The notes under the pieces were generated by a model. It ran no database searches. It saw only the letters and a list, made by a program, of their open reading frames with translations, and was not told where the DNA came from. A DNA stretch of 64,000 nucleotides from Eubacteriales bacterium. GTDB taxonomy: Bacteria > Bacillota > Clostridia > Oscillospirales > CAG-272. Below, in pieces: positions 28,027 through 36,966 of this stretch (positions within the stretch are counted from its first letter, which is position 1; every line of letters begins with the position of its first letter). The DNA lies in the NCBI GenBank assembly GCA_051867895.1, contig JBJDZH010000016.1:26367-90366 (forward strand). Reading direction: 5' to 3'. The position numbers were made by a program, and so were the translations under genes.

Positions 28027-29129
28027 GCGCGCTTGCCCCCTTTGCGGAAGATCATTCGGTAATTGATGAAGAACTCACAGCCGAGGATAAAGAAGAGGAT
28101 GATGCCGGAGATGACGTCGGCAGCGTAGTCGTTCATGATGGCGTAGGACGTGGCGATCTGGCTTGCGCCTTTTTCAAGAAAGACGATCAGAAAGGAGATC
28201 AGAACCATGCTGAAGGTGTTGAATTTAGCGAGCCACGCCACAATGATGGCGTCGAAGCCGCGTCCTCCGGCGGAGGTCGTGGCGATCGTCTGGGAGTTGC
28301 CCGCGACGATGAAAAGACCGCCGAGACCGCAGATGGCGCCGGATATCGCCATGGTGCGCAATATCACGCGCTTGACGTTGATGCCCGCGTAGCGCGCCGT
28401 ATTTTCGGACTCGCCGACGACGGCAATCTCATAGCCCTGCTTGCTGTATTTCAGATAGAGGTACATGCAGACGGTGAGAACGGCGATGGCAATGAGATTG
28501 ATGGTGCAGCGCTGTCCGAAGATCATGGGGAACCAGCCGGCCTGCGTGCCCGTATTGATGCGCCCGAGGGACGACGCCTGTCCGCGCCAGGTATTGGTTG
28601 CATACGCGACAAGCTGTATGGCGACGTAATTCATCATCAGCGTAAAGAGGGTCTCGTTGGTGTTCCAGTTCGCCTTGAAAAAGGCGGGGATCAGCCCCCA
28701 AACGGCGCCGATGAGAACGCTGGTCACGAACATGGTGAGAAAAAGGAGCCAGCTCGGCATGGAATTGCCGAAATAGATCATACAGAAAGCGGTGGCAAGT
28801 CCGCCCATCAGCACCTGCCCCTCCGCGCCGATATTCCAGAAGCGCATCCGGAAGGCGGGCGCCAGCGCGACGCCGATCAGAAGCAGCTTGGCCAGCTCCT
28901 CGACCGCCCACTTCAAGCGCATGAAATTGCCGAAGGTGCCGGAGAACATCACGACATAGACGCTGAAGGGATTCAGCCCGGTCACAAAGAAAATAAAGAG
29001 CGCGTCGGCGACAAGTGCCAGCAAAATGGCGGCGGCGCGGATCAGGATCCGTTTTCTGAGAGATACGTCGTCGCGCCGGGCGATGCGGATCAGCGGCTCC
29101 CGCAGTAGCGCGGTATTGGTTTTATTCAT
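28023..29129 (-). CDS. ABC importer permease (BMP/nucleoside-type, first permease)
   Basis: 368-aa polytopic protein that overlaps the ATPase gene by 8 nt. Confidence 0.85.
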   Translation of the reverse strand: MNKTNTALLREPLIRIARRDDVSLRKRILIRAAAILLALVADALFIFFVTGLNPFSVYVVMFSGTFGNFMRLKWAVEELAKLLLIGVALAPAFRMRFWNIGAEGQVLMGGLATAFCMIYFGNSMPSWLLFLTMFVTSVLIGAVWGLIPAFFKANWNTNETLFTLMMNYVAIQLVAYATNTWRGQASSLGRINTGTQAGWFPMIFGQRCTINLIAIAVLTVCMYLYLKYSKQGYEIAVVGESENTARYAGINVKRVILRTMAISGAICGLGGLFIVAGNSQTIATTSAGGRGFDAIIVAWLAKFNTFSMVLISFLIVFLEKGASQIATSYAIMNDYAADVISGIILFFILGCEFFINYRMIFRKGGKRA

Positions 29130-30660
29130 CGTTTCCTCCGGTTGCTGTGAGATTGGTCATCATAAGCCCGACGGCTTCCTTGGTGGCGGTTCGTCCCTCG
29201 ACGATACCGTTCATCCTGCCTCCGCACAGAACGAGGATCCTGTCGCACAAAGCGAGCAGCACGTCCAGATCCTCTCCGACATAGATCACGGCGACGCCGC
29301 GCTTCTTTTGTTCGTTGAGCAGCCGGTAGATGGTATAGGAGGTGTTGATATCGAGACCGCGGACCGCGTAAGCGGTCATCAGAACGGTCGGAGACGCGGC
29401 GATCTCACGTCCGACGAGAACCTTCTGCACATTTCCTCCGGAAAGACGGCGGACAGGGGTTGTGACGCCGGGGGTGACGACCTCCAGCTCCTTGCGGATA
29501 TGCTCGGCGAGGTCGCGCGGCGCTTTCCGTTCCGTGAAGAAGGAATGACCACGGCTGTAGTCCTTGAGCATCATGTTGTCTGTCATGCCCATGGAGCCGA
29601 CCAGTCCCATGCCGAGCCGGTCCTCCGGCACAAAGGAAAGCGCGACGCCCAGCTCGCGGATCTCGCGGGGGGATTTGCCGACGAGCTCTTTCTCCTCGGC
29701 GGAGCCGGGGGCGGTATAACGGATGCTGGCGCCTTGCTCCAGCGGCTGCAGTCCGGCGATCGCTTCAAGAAGCTCTTTCTGCCCGCAGCCGGAGATACCG
29801 GCTATGCCGAGGATCTCTCCGCTGTTGACGGTAAAGCTCACATGATCCAGCACAAGGACGCCGTCCGCGTTGCGGCAGCTGAGATTTTCCACGGCGATGC
29901 GCTTTTCCGTGTTCTGCGGCTCCGGACGCTCGATGTTCAGCTCGACCTTCTGACCGACCATCATTTCCGTCAGGGAGAGCTCGGTCGCGTCCCTGGTGTC
30001 CACCGTGCCGACATATTCACCCTTCCGCAGAATGGTGACACGATCCGAGACGGCAAGCACTTCGTGCAGTTTGTGCGTAATGATGATGACCGCCTTGCCG
30101 TCCTTTTTCATGTTGCGCATGACGGCGAACAGGCGCTCCGTCTCCTGCGGTGTCAGGACGGCGGTCGGTTCGTCCAGAATCAGGATGTCGGCGCCGCGAT
30201 ACAGCACTTTGACGATCTCCAGAGTCTGCTTTTCGGAGACGGACATGTCGAATACTTTTTTGTCCGGATCGATGGAGAAGCCGTATCTGTCACAGATATC
30301 CCGTATCTTCTGGGCGACGTCCCGGAGATTGAGCCGGGTGCCGTCCTTCATGCCGAGGGCGATGTTTTCGGCGGCGGTAAACACGTCCACCAGCTTGAAA
30401 TGCTGGTGGATCATTCCGATGCCGAGCGCATACGCGTCCTTGGGGGAGCGTATGGAGACCTCCTGACCGTTCACGAGGATCTCCCCTCCGTCCGGATAGT
30501 AAATGCCGGAAAGGATGTTCATCAGCGTCGTTTTGCCGCTCCCGTTTTCACCGAGGAGGGAAAGAATCTCCCCGCGGCGCACATCCATGGAGATATTGCG
30601 GTTGGCGGCAACTTCCCCGAAGGTCTTGGTAATGTTTTTGAGCTGGATTGCGTATTCCAT
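29122..30660 (-). CDS. ABC importer ATP-binding protein with duplicated ATPase domains
   Basis: 512 aa with Walker A GENGSGKTT, Walker B ILILDEPT, and a second-domain signature LSGGNVQK. Confidence 0.9.
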   Translation of the reverse strand: MEYAIQLKNITKTFGEVAANRNISMDVRRGEILSLLGENGSGKTTLMNILSGIYYPDGGEILVNGQEVSIRSPKDAYALGIGMIHQHFKLVDVFTAAENIALGMKDGTRLNLRDVAQKIRDICDRYGFSIDPDKKVFDMSVSEKQTLEIVKVLYRGADILILDEPTAVLTPQETERLFAVMRNMKKDGKAVIIITHKLHEVLAVSDRVTILRKGEYVGTVDTRDATELSLTEMMVGQKVELNIERPEPQNTEKRIAVENLSCRNADGVLVLDHVSFTVNSGEILGIAGISGCGQKELLEAIAGLQPLEQGASIRYTAPGSAEEKELVGKSPREIRELGVALSFVPEDRLGMGLVGSMGMTDNMMLKDYSRGHSFFTERKAPRDLAEHIRKELEVVTPGVTTPVRRLSGGNVQKVLVGREIAASPTVLMTAYAVRGLDINTSYTIYRLLNEQKKRGVAVIYVGEDLDVLLALCDRILVLCGGRMNGIVEGRTATKEAVGLMMTNLTATGGNDE

Positions 30661-30690
30661 ATGTTCTCCTTATCGGCGGGATTGCCGGTA

Positions 30691-30776
30691 TCGGCGATAT
30701 CTCCGCCGGAAAGACTGCTTTCCGGCAGAGATATCGCCGACAAGCGGATAAAGGGAAGTATAAAACTTCCCTTTAT
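30691..30776 (-). promoter_or_regulatory. two intercistronic stem-loops between the binding-protein gene and the ATPase gene
   Basis: The first hairpin spans 30691-40, with outer arms tcggcgatatct/agatatcgccga and inner arms ccggaaag/ctttccgg. The second spans 30748-76, with arms ataaagggaagt/acttccctttat. Confidence 0.5.
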
Positions 30777-30804
30777 CATAGCTTATCGCCGGATTCGATT
30801 TCGA

Positions 30805-32073
30805 TTACTTCGTGATGCGGTCCTTCTGCTCCGTGATGCCGTCGATTCTCAGAGAGAAGTACGGCGCGCTGCGGAAGGTGGATTCCGAGAAGTAGCCGTC
30901 CACGATCGTTTCTACCTTCGGACCCTCATAGATGGGCGTCATGGTCGACCAGTCCATATAGGAGAGATCCACGATGTTGGAGGTGATCTTCTTGCCGTCG
31001 ACAGTGAACGTGTTGATGTCAAAGACATGGAGCGTGCCAGCCTTGAGCGCCGCGATCACTTCGTCCACCTTTTCCTGGGTGCCGGGAGCGCAGGAGGTGC
31101 CGAGCTTCGTGATAGCGACCGCGTCGTCCTTGTAGCCGCGGGACCAGTCGACCTCGACCTCTTCACCGTTCATTGCCGCCTTGATGGCGTAGGTGTAGTA
31201 GACCTTCCACTCATTGGAAGCGGAGGTCAGGGCAGCGTCCGGAGCAGTGCCGAGCATGTCTACATTGTAGCCGACGGAGTAAACCAGCGTGCCGGCCTTG
31301 AAAGCCTTTTCGCAGGCTGCGGGAGCGCCGGTGGAGTCCGCGTGCTGACCGATGATGACGCAGCCGCGGGCGATCAGAGCTTCGGCGGCGGCGCCTTCCA
31401 GCTCGATGTCAAACCAGGAATCGGTGTATACGACGTCCATGACGATGTTGGAGACGATGCTCTTGATGCCGAGGTAGAACGCGGTATAGCCGGATACGAC
31501 CTCTGCGTAGTCGAACGCGCCGACGTAGCCGATCTTGATGTTGCCGTTTGCGTCAAAGCTGTTCGGGAGCTTTTCCTTCGTCAGCGTGCCGTTGTCCACC
31601 AGCTCCTTGAGCTTGAGACCGGCGACAACGCCGGAGACGTAGCGGGATTCATACACGCCCGTGAAAGCGTTCTTGAAGTTGGACAGACCGCTGATGGCGG
31701 CATAGTCGCCCGTCACGGAGACGAACGTCACGTCCGGATACTGCTCAGCGACCTGAGCGATGTAGTCCTGATGACCATAGCTGTTGGAGAAGATGATCTT
31801 GCAGCCCTGCGCGACCAGATCCTGCGCCGCCTTGGAGCAGGAGTCGTTCTCCTCCACCTTGTACTTCCAGATGATCTGGGAATCGGAGAGCTTCAGAGCG
31901 CTTGCAGCTGCCTTGATGCCGTCCATGTGCGCTTTCGTGTAGCCTTCCGTCTCATCGCCGACAAGAATGACGCCGACCTTGAAGCTGCTGTCGCCGGAGC
32001 AGGAGCCAAGGAGCACGGAGAGGGAAGCGATCATGAGAACTGCAAGAACAAGAGATGCAATTTTCTTGAACAT
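30805..32073 (-). CDS. BMP-family (Med/PnrA-like) substrate-binding lipoprotein
   Basis: Signal peptide with lipobox LLGSC, followed by a BMP-like periplasmic binding fold (FKVGVILVGDETEGYT...). Confidence 0.88.
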   Translation of the reverse strand: MFKKIASLVLAVLMIASLSVLLGSCSGDSSFKVGVILVGDETEGYTKAHMDGIKAAASALKLSDSQIIWKYKVEENDSCSKAAQDLVAQGCKIIFSNSYGHQDYIAQVAEQYPDVTFVSVTGDYAAISGLSNFKNAFTGVYESRYVSGVVAGLKLKELVDNGTLTKEKLPNSFDANGNIKIGYVGAFDYAEVVSGYTAFYLGIKSIVSNIVMDVVYTDSWFDIELEGAAAEALIARGCVIIGQHADSTGAPAACEKAFKAGTLVYSVGYNVDMLGTAPDAALTSASNEWKVYYTYAIKAAMNGEEVEVDWSRGYKDDAVAITKLGTSCAPGTQEKVDEVIAALKAGTLHVFDINTFTVDGKKITSNIVDLSYMDWSTMTPIYEGPKVETIVDGYFSESTFRSAPYFSLRIDGITEQKDRITK

Positions 32074-32150
32074 GTGTCTTTTTCCTCCAGATTTTTTTGG
32101 GAAAATGATTTATTGCGAAAAAGCCGTCCGGCTTTTTACAATACGGAAAA

Positions 32151-32735
32151 TCAGGCGTCCTCGCGGCAGAAGCGGATCCCGCCCTCGACTGTCATGGATT
32201 CGATCCGCGCGAGCGATTCCACGCGCACGCCCATATCGCGCACGATCGCGCCGCCGTTCTGATACGCCTTTTCAATAACAATGCCTGCGCCGACCGTTTC
32301 GGCGCCCGCGTCGCGGATCAGGGAGAGCAGCGCAAGCAGCGCGCTGCCTTTCGCAAGAAAATCATCGATAATCAGCACACGGTCACCGGGGAGCAAAAAC
32401 TGCTTGGATACGACTATGTCGTAGTTTTTCTGGTGTGTGTAGGAGAAAACCGATGATGTATAGACATCCGCGAATATATTATTGGTGTGCGTTTTCTTGG
32501 CAAAAACAACCGGAACGCCGAAAGGGAGCGCGGTGAGGCAGGCGATCCCGATGCCGGAGGCCTCGATGGTGAGGATCTTGGTCACGCCTTCGGATGCAAA
32601 GCGGCGATAGAATTCCTGCCCCAGCTGTGCAAGGAAAGGAACGTCGATCTGATGGTTCAGAAAGCTGTCGACCTTCAGGACGTTGCCCTCGCCGATCTTG
32701 CCGTCTTTCAGAATGCGATTTTCGAGAAGTTCCAT
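32151..32735 (-). CDS. xpt: xanthine phosphoribosyltransferase
   Basis: MELLENRILKDGKI..GNVLKVDSFLNHQID and the PRPP loop VLIIDDFLAKGSA are present. 194 aa. Confidence 0.9.
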   Translation of the reverse strand: MELLENRILKDGKIGEGNVLKVDSFLNHQIDVPFLAQLGQEFYRRFASEGVTKILTIEASGIGIACLTALPFGVPVVFAKKTHTNNIFADVYTSSVFSYTHQKNYDIVVSKQFLLPGDRVLIIDDFLAKGSALLALLSLIRDAGAETVGAGIVIEKAYQNGGAIVRDMGVRVESLARIESMTVEGGIRFCREDA

Positions 32736-32884
32736 ACGTCCTCCGTGTCGTCAGAAGAAATAAGTACAACCATTATACACAATCTTCCGACAAAAAACAA
32801 GATGCTGAGGAAGAAAATATGAACGCAATCCGACAAAATGTTTTGTGTTTATTGAACAAACCGTGAGAAAGGGCGCGCGGGGGT

Positions 32885-34036
32885 TCAGTCGATCAGCATC
32901 GCGTCGCCGAAGGAAAAGAAGCGGTAGTGCTCGCGCACGGCAGTCTTGTACGCGTCCAGCATCCGTTCCCGCCCGGCGAGTGCGGACACAAGCATCAGAA
33001 GCGTGCTTTTGGGCAGATGGAAATTGGTAATCAGAGCGTCGGTAACCTTGAAGCGGTAGCCGGGGTAGATGAAGATGCCCGTGTCTCCGGTCACGGGATG
33101 CAGCACGCCGCTCTCGTCCGCGGCGCTCTCCAGCGTCCGGCAGGAGGTGGTGCCGACAGCGATCACGCGCCCGCCCGCTGCCCGCCGCTCGTTGATGACG
33201 CGCGCGGCGTCCGGAGAGACGGAGATGAATTCGGTGTGCATTTCATGCTCGGCGAGGTGCTCCTCCTTGACCGGGCGGAAGGTGCCGAGCCCGACATGCA
33301 GAAGCACCGGTACGACCGCGCAGCCCATGGCGCGGATTTTGTCCAGCAGCTCCGGTGTGAAGTGAAGCCCTGCCGTCGGCGCTGCCGCGGAACCCTCGTG
33401 GCAGGCATAGACTGTCTGATAGCGCTCCGGATCGGCGAGCTTTTCACGGATGTACGGCGGCAGCGGCATCGAGCCGAGCCGGTGCAGCGCTTCGTATACC
33501 GTTTCGCATTCCCGCCTGTCGGTGGAGAAGCGGACTATGCGGCAGCCGTCCTCGCCGATCCCCTCGATCCGCGCCGTCAGAAAGCCGGTGCCGAACGTGA
33601 GTATGTCGCCGGGACGCGCGCGCTTGCCGGGACCTGCCAGCGCCTCCCATACGTCGTTTTCCCGCTGACGGAGGAGAAGCAGCTCGACAGGAGCTGTGGA
33701 TTCACAGGGAACAAGCGTTCCGCCTGCTTCCGCTTTGTGGGAGCGGTGCCCGATGATGCGCGCCGGAATGACGCGCGTATCGTTGACGACGAGAACGTCC
33801 TGCGGACGGAGGTAGTCGGTTATTTCCCGGAAAATACGGTGCTCGGAGGGACGGCCGTCCCGATGGACCACCATCAGACGGGAGGAATCGCGCGGCTCCA
33901 GCGGGGTCTGCGCGATCTGGGATTCAGGAAGCTCATAATCAAAATCCGAAAGCGTAAGCGAGGTTTCGGGCAGAGGATTGCGGATGATCGTGCCGGAGGA
34001 GGCTGCGCCTTCCCCGGGAAGCGGACGTTCGGTCAT
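32885..34036 (-). CDS. queA: S-adenosylmethionine:tRNA ribosyltransferase-isomerase (start chosen at MTERPL; the ORF extends to 34069)
   Basis: LSDFDYELPESQIAQTPLEPRDSSRLMV ... GTTSCRTLES motifs. AAAGGAA RBS lies before the ATG at 34034-34036. The longer start would overlap the divergent dapA -35 hexamer. Confidence 0.88.
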   Translation of the reverse strand: MTERPLPGEGAASSGTIIRNPLPETSLTLSDFDYELPESQIAQTPLEPRDSSRLMVVHRDGRPSEHRIFREITDYLRPQDVLVVNDTRVIPARIIGHRSHKAEAGGTLVPCESTAPVELLLLRQRENDVWEALAGPGKRARPGDILTFGTGFLTARIEGIGEDGCRIVRFSTDRRECETVYEALHRLGSMPLPPYIREKLADPERYQTVYACHEGSAAAPTAGLHFTPELLDKIRAMGCAVVPVLLHVGLGTFRPVKEEHLAEHEMHTEFISVSPDAARVINERRAAGGRVIAVGTTSCRTLESAADESGVLHPVTGDTGIFIYPGYRFKVTDALITNFHLPKSTLLMLVSALAGRERMLDAYKTAVREHYRFFSFGDAMLID

Positions 34037-34331
34037 AGGATTCCTTTCGGTGTTCGGGACACTTGACATAAAAATAAACGTATGCTATGATAAACGGGAT
34101 AAACGATAAAAAGCCATGCACCAAAGCGGTTTCCGCCGCATAACCTGCATATGGAGACGTCAAAAGAGCAGACGCGGCTGCGGCGCCTGCTTCCATCATT
34201 CCTATTATAGTACACACAGCGCCGGTTTTCAACCGTTTTTTTGTGATTCCCGGCAGGGCGGAAGTCGGAAAGCTCCGAAACCGAAAAACACCGGACGAAA
34301 AAAGCGTACCATCATTTTTCGGGAGGCTGCC

Positions 34332-35243
34332 ATGGGAACATTTCAGAAGCAGATTGTGTTTGAAGGCGCGGCGTGTGCGCTGGTCACGCCGTTCTGCCAC
34401 GGAGAGATCGATTATGAAACGCTGGGCAGGCTGATCGACTGGCAGATCGCCGGCGGCTGCGACGCGCTCGTCATATGCGGTACGACCGGCGAGTGCGCGA
34501 CGCTTTCCGACGCGGAGCACCGCGCCTGCCTCCGCTTTGCCGCCGGACGGTGCGCCGGACGCGTGCCGCTGATCGCAGGGACCGGCTCCAACGATACGGA
34601 ATATGCGATTTCCCTGTCCCGCTATGCCTGCGAGGTCGGCTGCGACGCGCTTCTCCTTGTGACGCCGTATTACAATCAGGCGACGCCGCGCGGGCTGGTG
34701 CGCAGCTTTCTGTCCATCGCGGACGCGGTCAATAAGCCTGTCCTGCTTTATAACGCTCCCGGGCGGACCGGCGTCCATATTCCGCTGTTCGTCTACGCGG
34801 AGCTTGCCCGGCACGAGCGCATCGTTGCGGTCAAGGAGGCGTCCGGAAATCTCAGCGCCGCGTCACAGCTGATGGCGGAGCTGGGCGACGTCCTTTGCGT
34901 ATACAGCGGCAACGACGATCTGATCGTGCCCACCATGTCGATGGGCGGACGGGGCGTGATTTCCGTACTCGCCAATCTGATGCCGCGGGAAACGCACGAG
35001 ATGTGCCGTCTGGCGCTGGACGGGGATTTCTCCGCTGCCGTTCTTCTCCAGCGGAGGCTGCTGCCGCTCATCCGCGCGCTCTTTTCCGAGACGAATCCGA
35101 TCCCGGTCAAGACGGCGTGCGCTCTGATGGGGCTGTGCTCCGCAGAACTGCGGCTGCCGCTGTGCGAGATGGAGCCGGAGCATCTTGCCGTTCTGGAGAG
35201 TGCCATGCGCGGAGCAGGTCTATTGCCCGCAGGCAGGGAATGA
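34332..35243 (+). CDS. dapA: 4-hydroxy-tetrahydrodipicolinate synthase
   Basis: ALVTPF...GTTGE...LLVTPYYN...VKEASG motifs. GGGAGG RBS at 34321-34326. Confidence 0.9.
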   Translation: MGTFQKQIVFEGAACALVTPFCHGEIDYETLGRLIDWQIAGGCDALVICGTTGECATLSDAEHRACLRFAAGRCAGRVPLIAGTGSNDTEYAISLSRYACEVGCDALLLVTPYYNQATPRGLVRSFLSIADAVNKPVLLYNAPGRTGVHIPLFVYAELARHERIVAVKEASGNLSAASQLMAELGDVLCVYSGNDDLIVPTMSMGGRGVISVLANLMPRETHEMCRLALDGDFSAAVLLQRRLLPLIRALFSETNPIPVKTACALMGLCSAELRLPLCEMEPEHLAVLESAMRGAGLLPAGRE

Positions 35244-35490
35244 GGTGCTCCGCCGGGACGGGATGCCCCGGACGGATCCCGTGTGCGCCTTGCGGCGGAC
35301 GCCCCTCCGGCGTCCGCCCCGCTGCGTCCACACAGCGGACAGGCTGTGCCGTACACAGCTTTTCTTTCGCTTATATCGGAAACGGAGAGGGAAGGCTCTG
35401 CTGCCGGAGCGGGAGGGACATGCCTGTGCGTTTTTTGCCGGCTGTATAGGATCATATTGCCGTAGCGACGGCTGAATTGTGAGGTATATC

Positions 35491-36237
35491 ATGCTGAAAA
35501 CAGGAATCGTTTCCGTAACCTTTCGTTCCCTTGCGCCGAAGGAGATCACCGCGCTGACGTCCCGGGCGGAGCTGGATGCGGTCGAGTGGGGCGGCGACGT
35601 GCATGTTCCTCCGACGGACGAGCCCAACGCCGCCGCGGTCGGAGCGCTGACCCGCAGCGCCGGACTGACGTGCGTCTCCTATGGATCGTATTTTCAAGCG
35701 GGATACTCCGCGCAGGAGTCCTTTGCGGCGGAAATGGCGGCGGCGAAGGCGCTCGGCGCGCCGAACATCCGCATCTGGGCGGGGAAAAAGGGAAGCGAAG
35801 CGGAAGAAAACCGCGTGCGCGTTGCCGAGTCCATCCATGCCTGCGCCGAGCAGTGCGCGGCGGAATCCATGACGCTCTCGCTGGAATTCCATCAGAATAC
35901 ACTGACGGACCACTATGAGTCCGCGCTCCGCCTTGTCGGCGAGGTCGCCTCCGACGCTCTCCGGCTGTACTGGCAGCCGAATCAGTTCCGCGACGACGCA
36001 TATAACCTTGCCGCGCTGCGCGCAGTTCTGCCATACTTGTCCAATGTCCACGTGTTTTCGTGGGAAGGCAGAGAGAAATTTCCTCTGGCGCACGGCGAAC
36101 GGATGTGGCGGCAGTATATCGAGATTCTTCGTGAGGCGCAGGGAGAGCATGCGCTGCTTCTGGAATTCGTGTGCGACGGAACGCCGGAGCAGTATCTGCG
36201 CGACGCACAGACGCTGCGCAGCTGGCTTCAAGGGTAA
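35491..36237 (+). CDS. sugar phosphate isomerase/epimerase-family (xylose-isomerase-like TIM barrel) protein
   Basis: 248 aa with a pattern typical of AP-endonuclease-2/TIM-barrel proteins (VEWGG..H...IRIWAG...LEFH). Family-level call only. Confidence 0.6.
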   Translation: MLKTGIVSVTFRSLAPKEITALTSRAELDAVEWGGDVHVPPTDEPNAAAVGALTRSAGLTCVSYGSYFQAGYSAQESFAAEMAAAKALGAPNIRIWAGKKGSEAEENRVRVAESIHACAEQCAAESMTLSLEFHQNTLTDHYESALRLVGEVASDALRLYWQPNQFRDDAYNLAALRAVLPYLSNVHVFSWEGREKFPLAHGERMWRQYIEILREAQGEHALLLEFVCDGTPEQYLRDAQTLRSWLQG

Positions 36238-36338
36238 GTTTGCGCATGGGATTTGACCCGGATCCATGGAAAGACGACAGTCAGCCGGAGGTTTCCGGCA
36301 CGGAAAAAACGAAAAAACATAGCTGGGAGGATAAAAAT

Positions 36339-36803
36339 ATGTTGGAGGCTGGCATGAAGGCGCCGGATTTCACGCTTTCGGATAAGGACGGGAATCCTGT
36401 CCGTCTGTCGGATTTCGCCGGAAAGAAGGTGGTGCTGTACTTCTATCCAAAGGACAGCACGCCCGGCTGTACGAGACAGGCGTGCGCTTTTGCACAGGAA
36501 TATGCGAACTTTCAGGGGAAAAACGCCGTGGTGATCGGCGTCAGCCGGGATTCTGCGGACTCTCACCGGAAGTTTGCGCAGCGGTACGGTCTTCCGTTTC
36601 TTCTTCTCTCCGATCCGGAGCTGCAGGCGATCCAGGCATACGGCGTATGGCATGAGAAGAAGCTCTACGGCAAGGTCAGCATGGGCGTCGTGCGCACGAC
36701 CTATCTCATCGGTGAAGACGGCGTGATTGAGAAAGTCATGCCCCGCGTGAAGCCGGACACCAATGCCGCGGAGATACTGGCGTACTGGGATACAAAAGAA
36801 TAA
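36339..36803 (+). CDS. bcp: thiol peroxidase Bcp (peroxiredoxin)
   Basis: APDFTL.D..G..V.LSDF.GK.VVLYFYPKDSTPGCT motif. 154 aa with a GGGAGG RBS. Confidence 0.88.
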   Translation: MLEAGMKAPDFTLSDKDGNPVRLSDFAGKKVVLYFYPKDSTPGCTRQACAFAQEYANFQGKNAVVIGVSRDSADSHRKFAQRYGLPFLLLSDPELQAIQAYGVWHEKKLYGKVSMGVVRTTYLIGEDGVIEKVMPRVKPDTNAAEILAYWDTKE

Positions 36804-36827
36804 CTCGCCGGACGACCGCCGGAAAAA

Positions 36828-36866
36828 AGCCGGGAAGCGCCTATGCGCTTCCCGGCTTCCTTTTTA
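36828..36866. terminator. bidirectional terminator between bcp and the polysaccharide locus
   Basis: Perfect 13-bp hairpin agccgggaagcgc-ctat-gcgcttcccggct with flanking A and T runs. Confidence 0.7.
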
Positions 36867-36966
36867 TATATCACATATACTGCGGCTTATTTTCCAAGCC
36901 GGCGCTTCCACGCGTCCGCGGAGCCGTCCTGCTTCAAAGAGAGTTTCAGAAGAAATTCCGTTTCCG

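Noticed and set aside
29026-32262. The longest ORF in the window (1078 aa, plus strand).
   Set aside because: It runs antisense across the ABC ATPase gene, the intergenic hairpins, the BMP lipoprotein gene and the 3' end of xpt. All of these have unmistakable motifs on the minus strand. Its translation is low-complexity (R/G/A/D-rich) with no motifs and no RBS. It is a typical high-GC shadow ORF.
32736-32884. An expected purine (guanine/xanthine) riboswitch upstream of xpt.
   Set aside because: The minus-strand leader from a TGtgTATAAT-type -10 to the ATG is only about 35-40 nt. It lacks the conserved purine-riboswitch loops. Only a small acaaaa-ca-ttttgt dyad is present.
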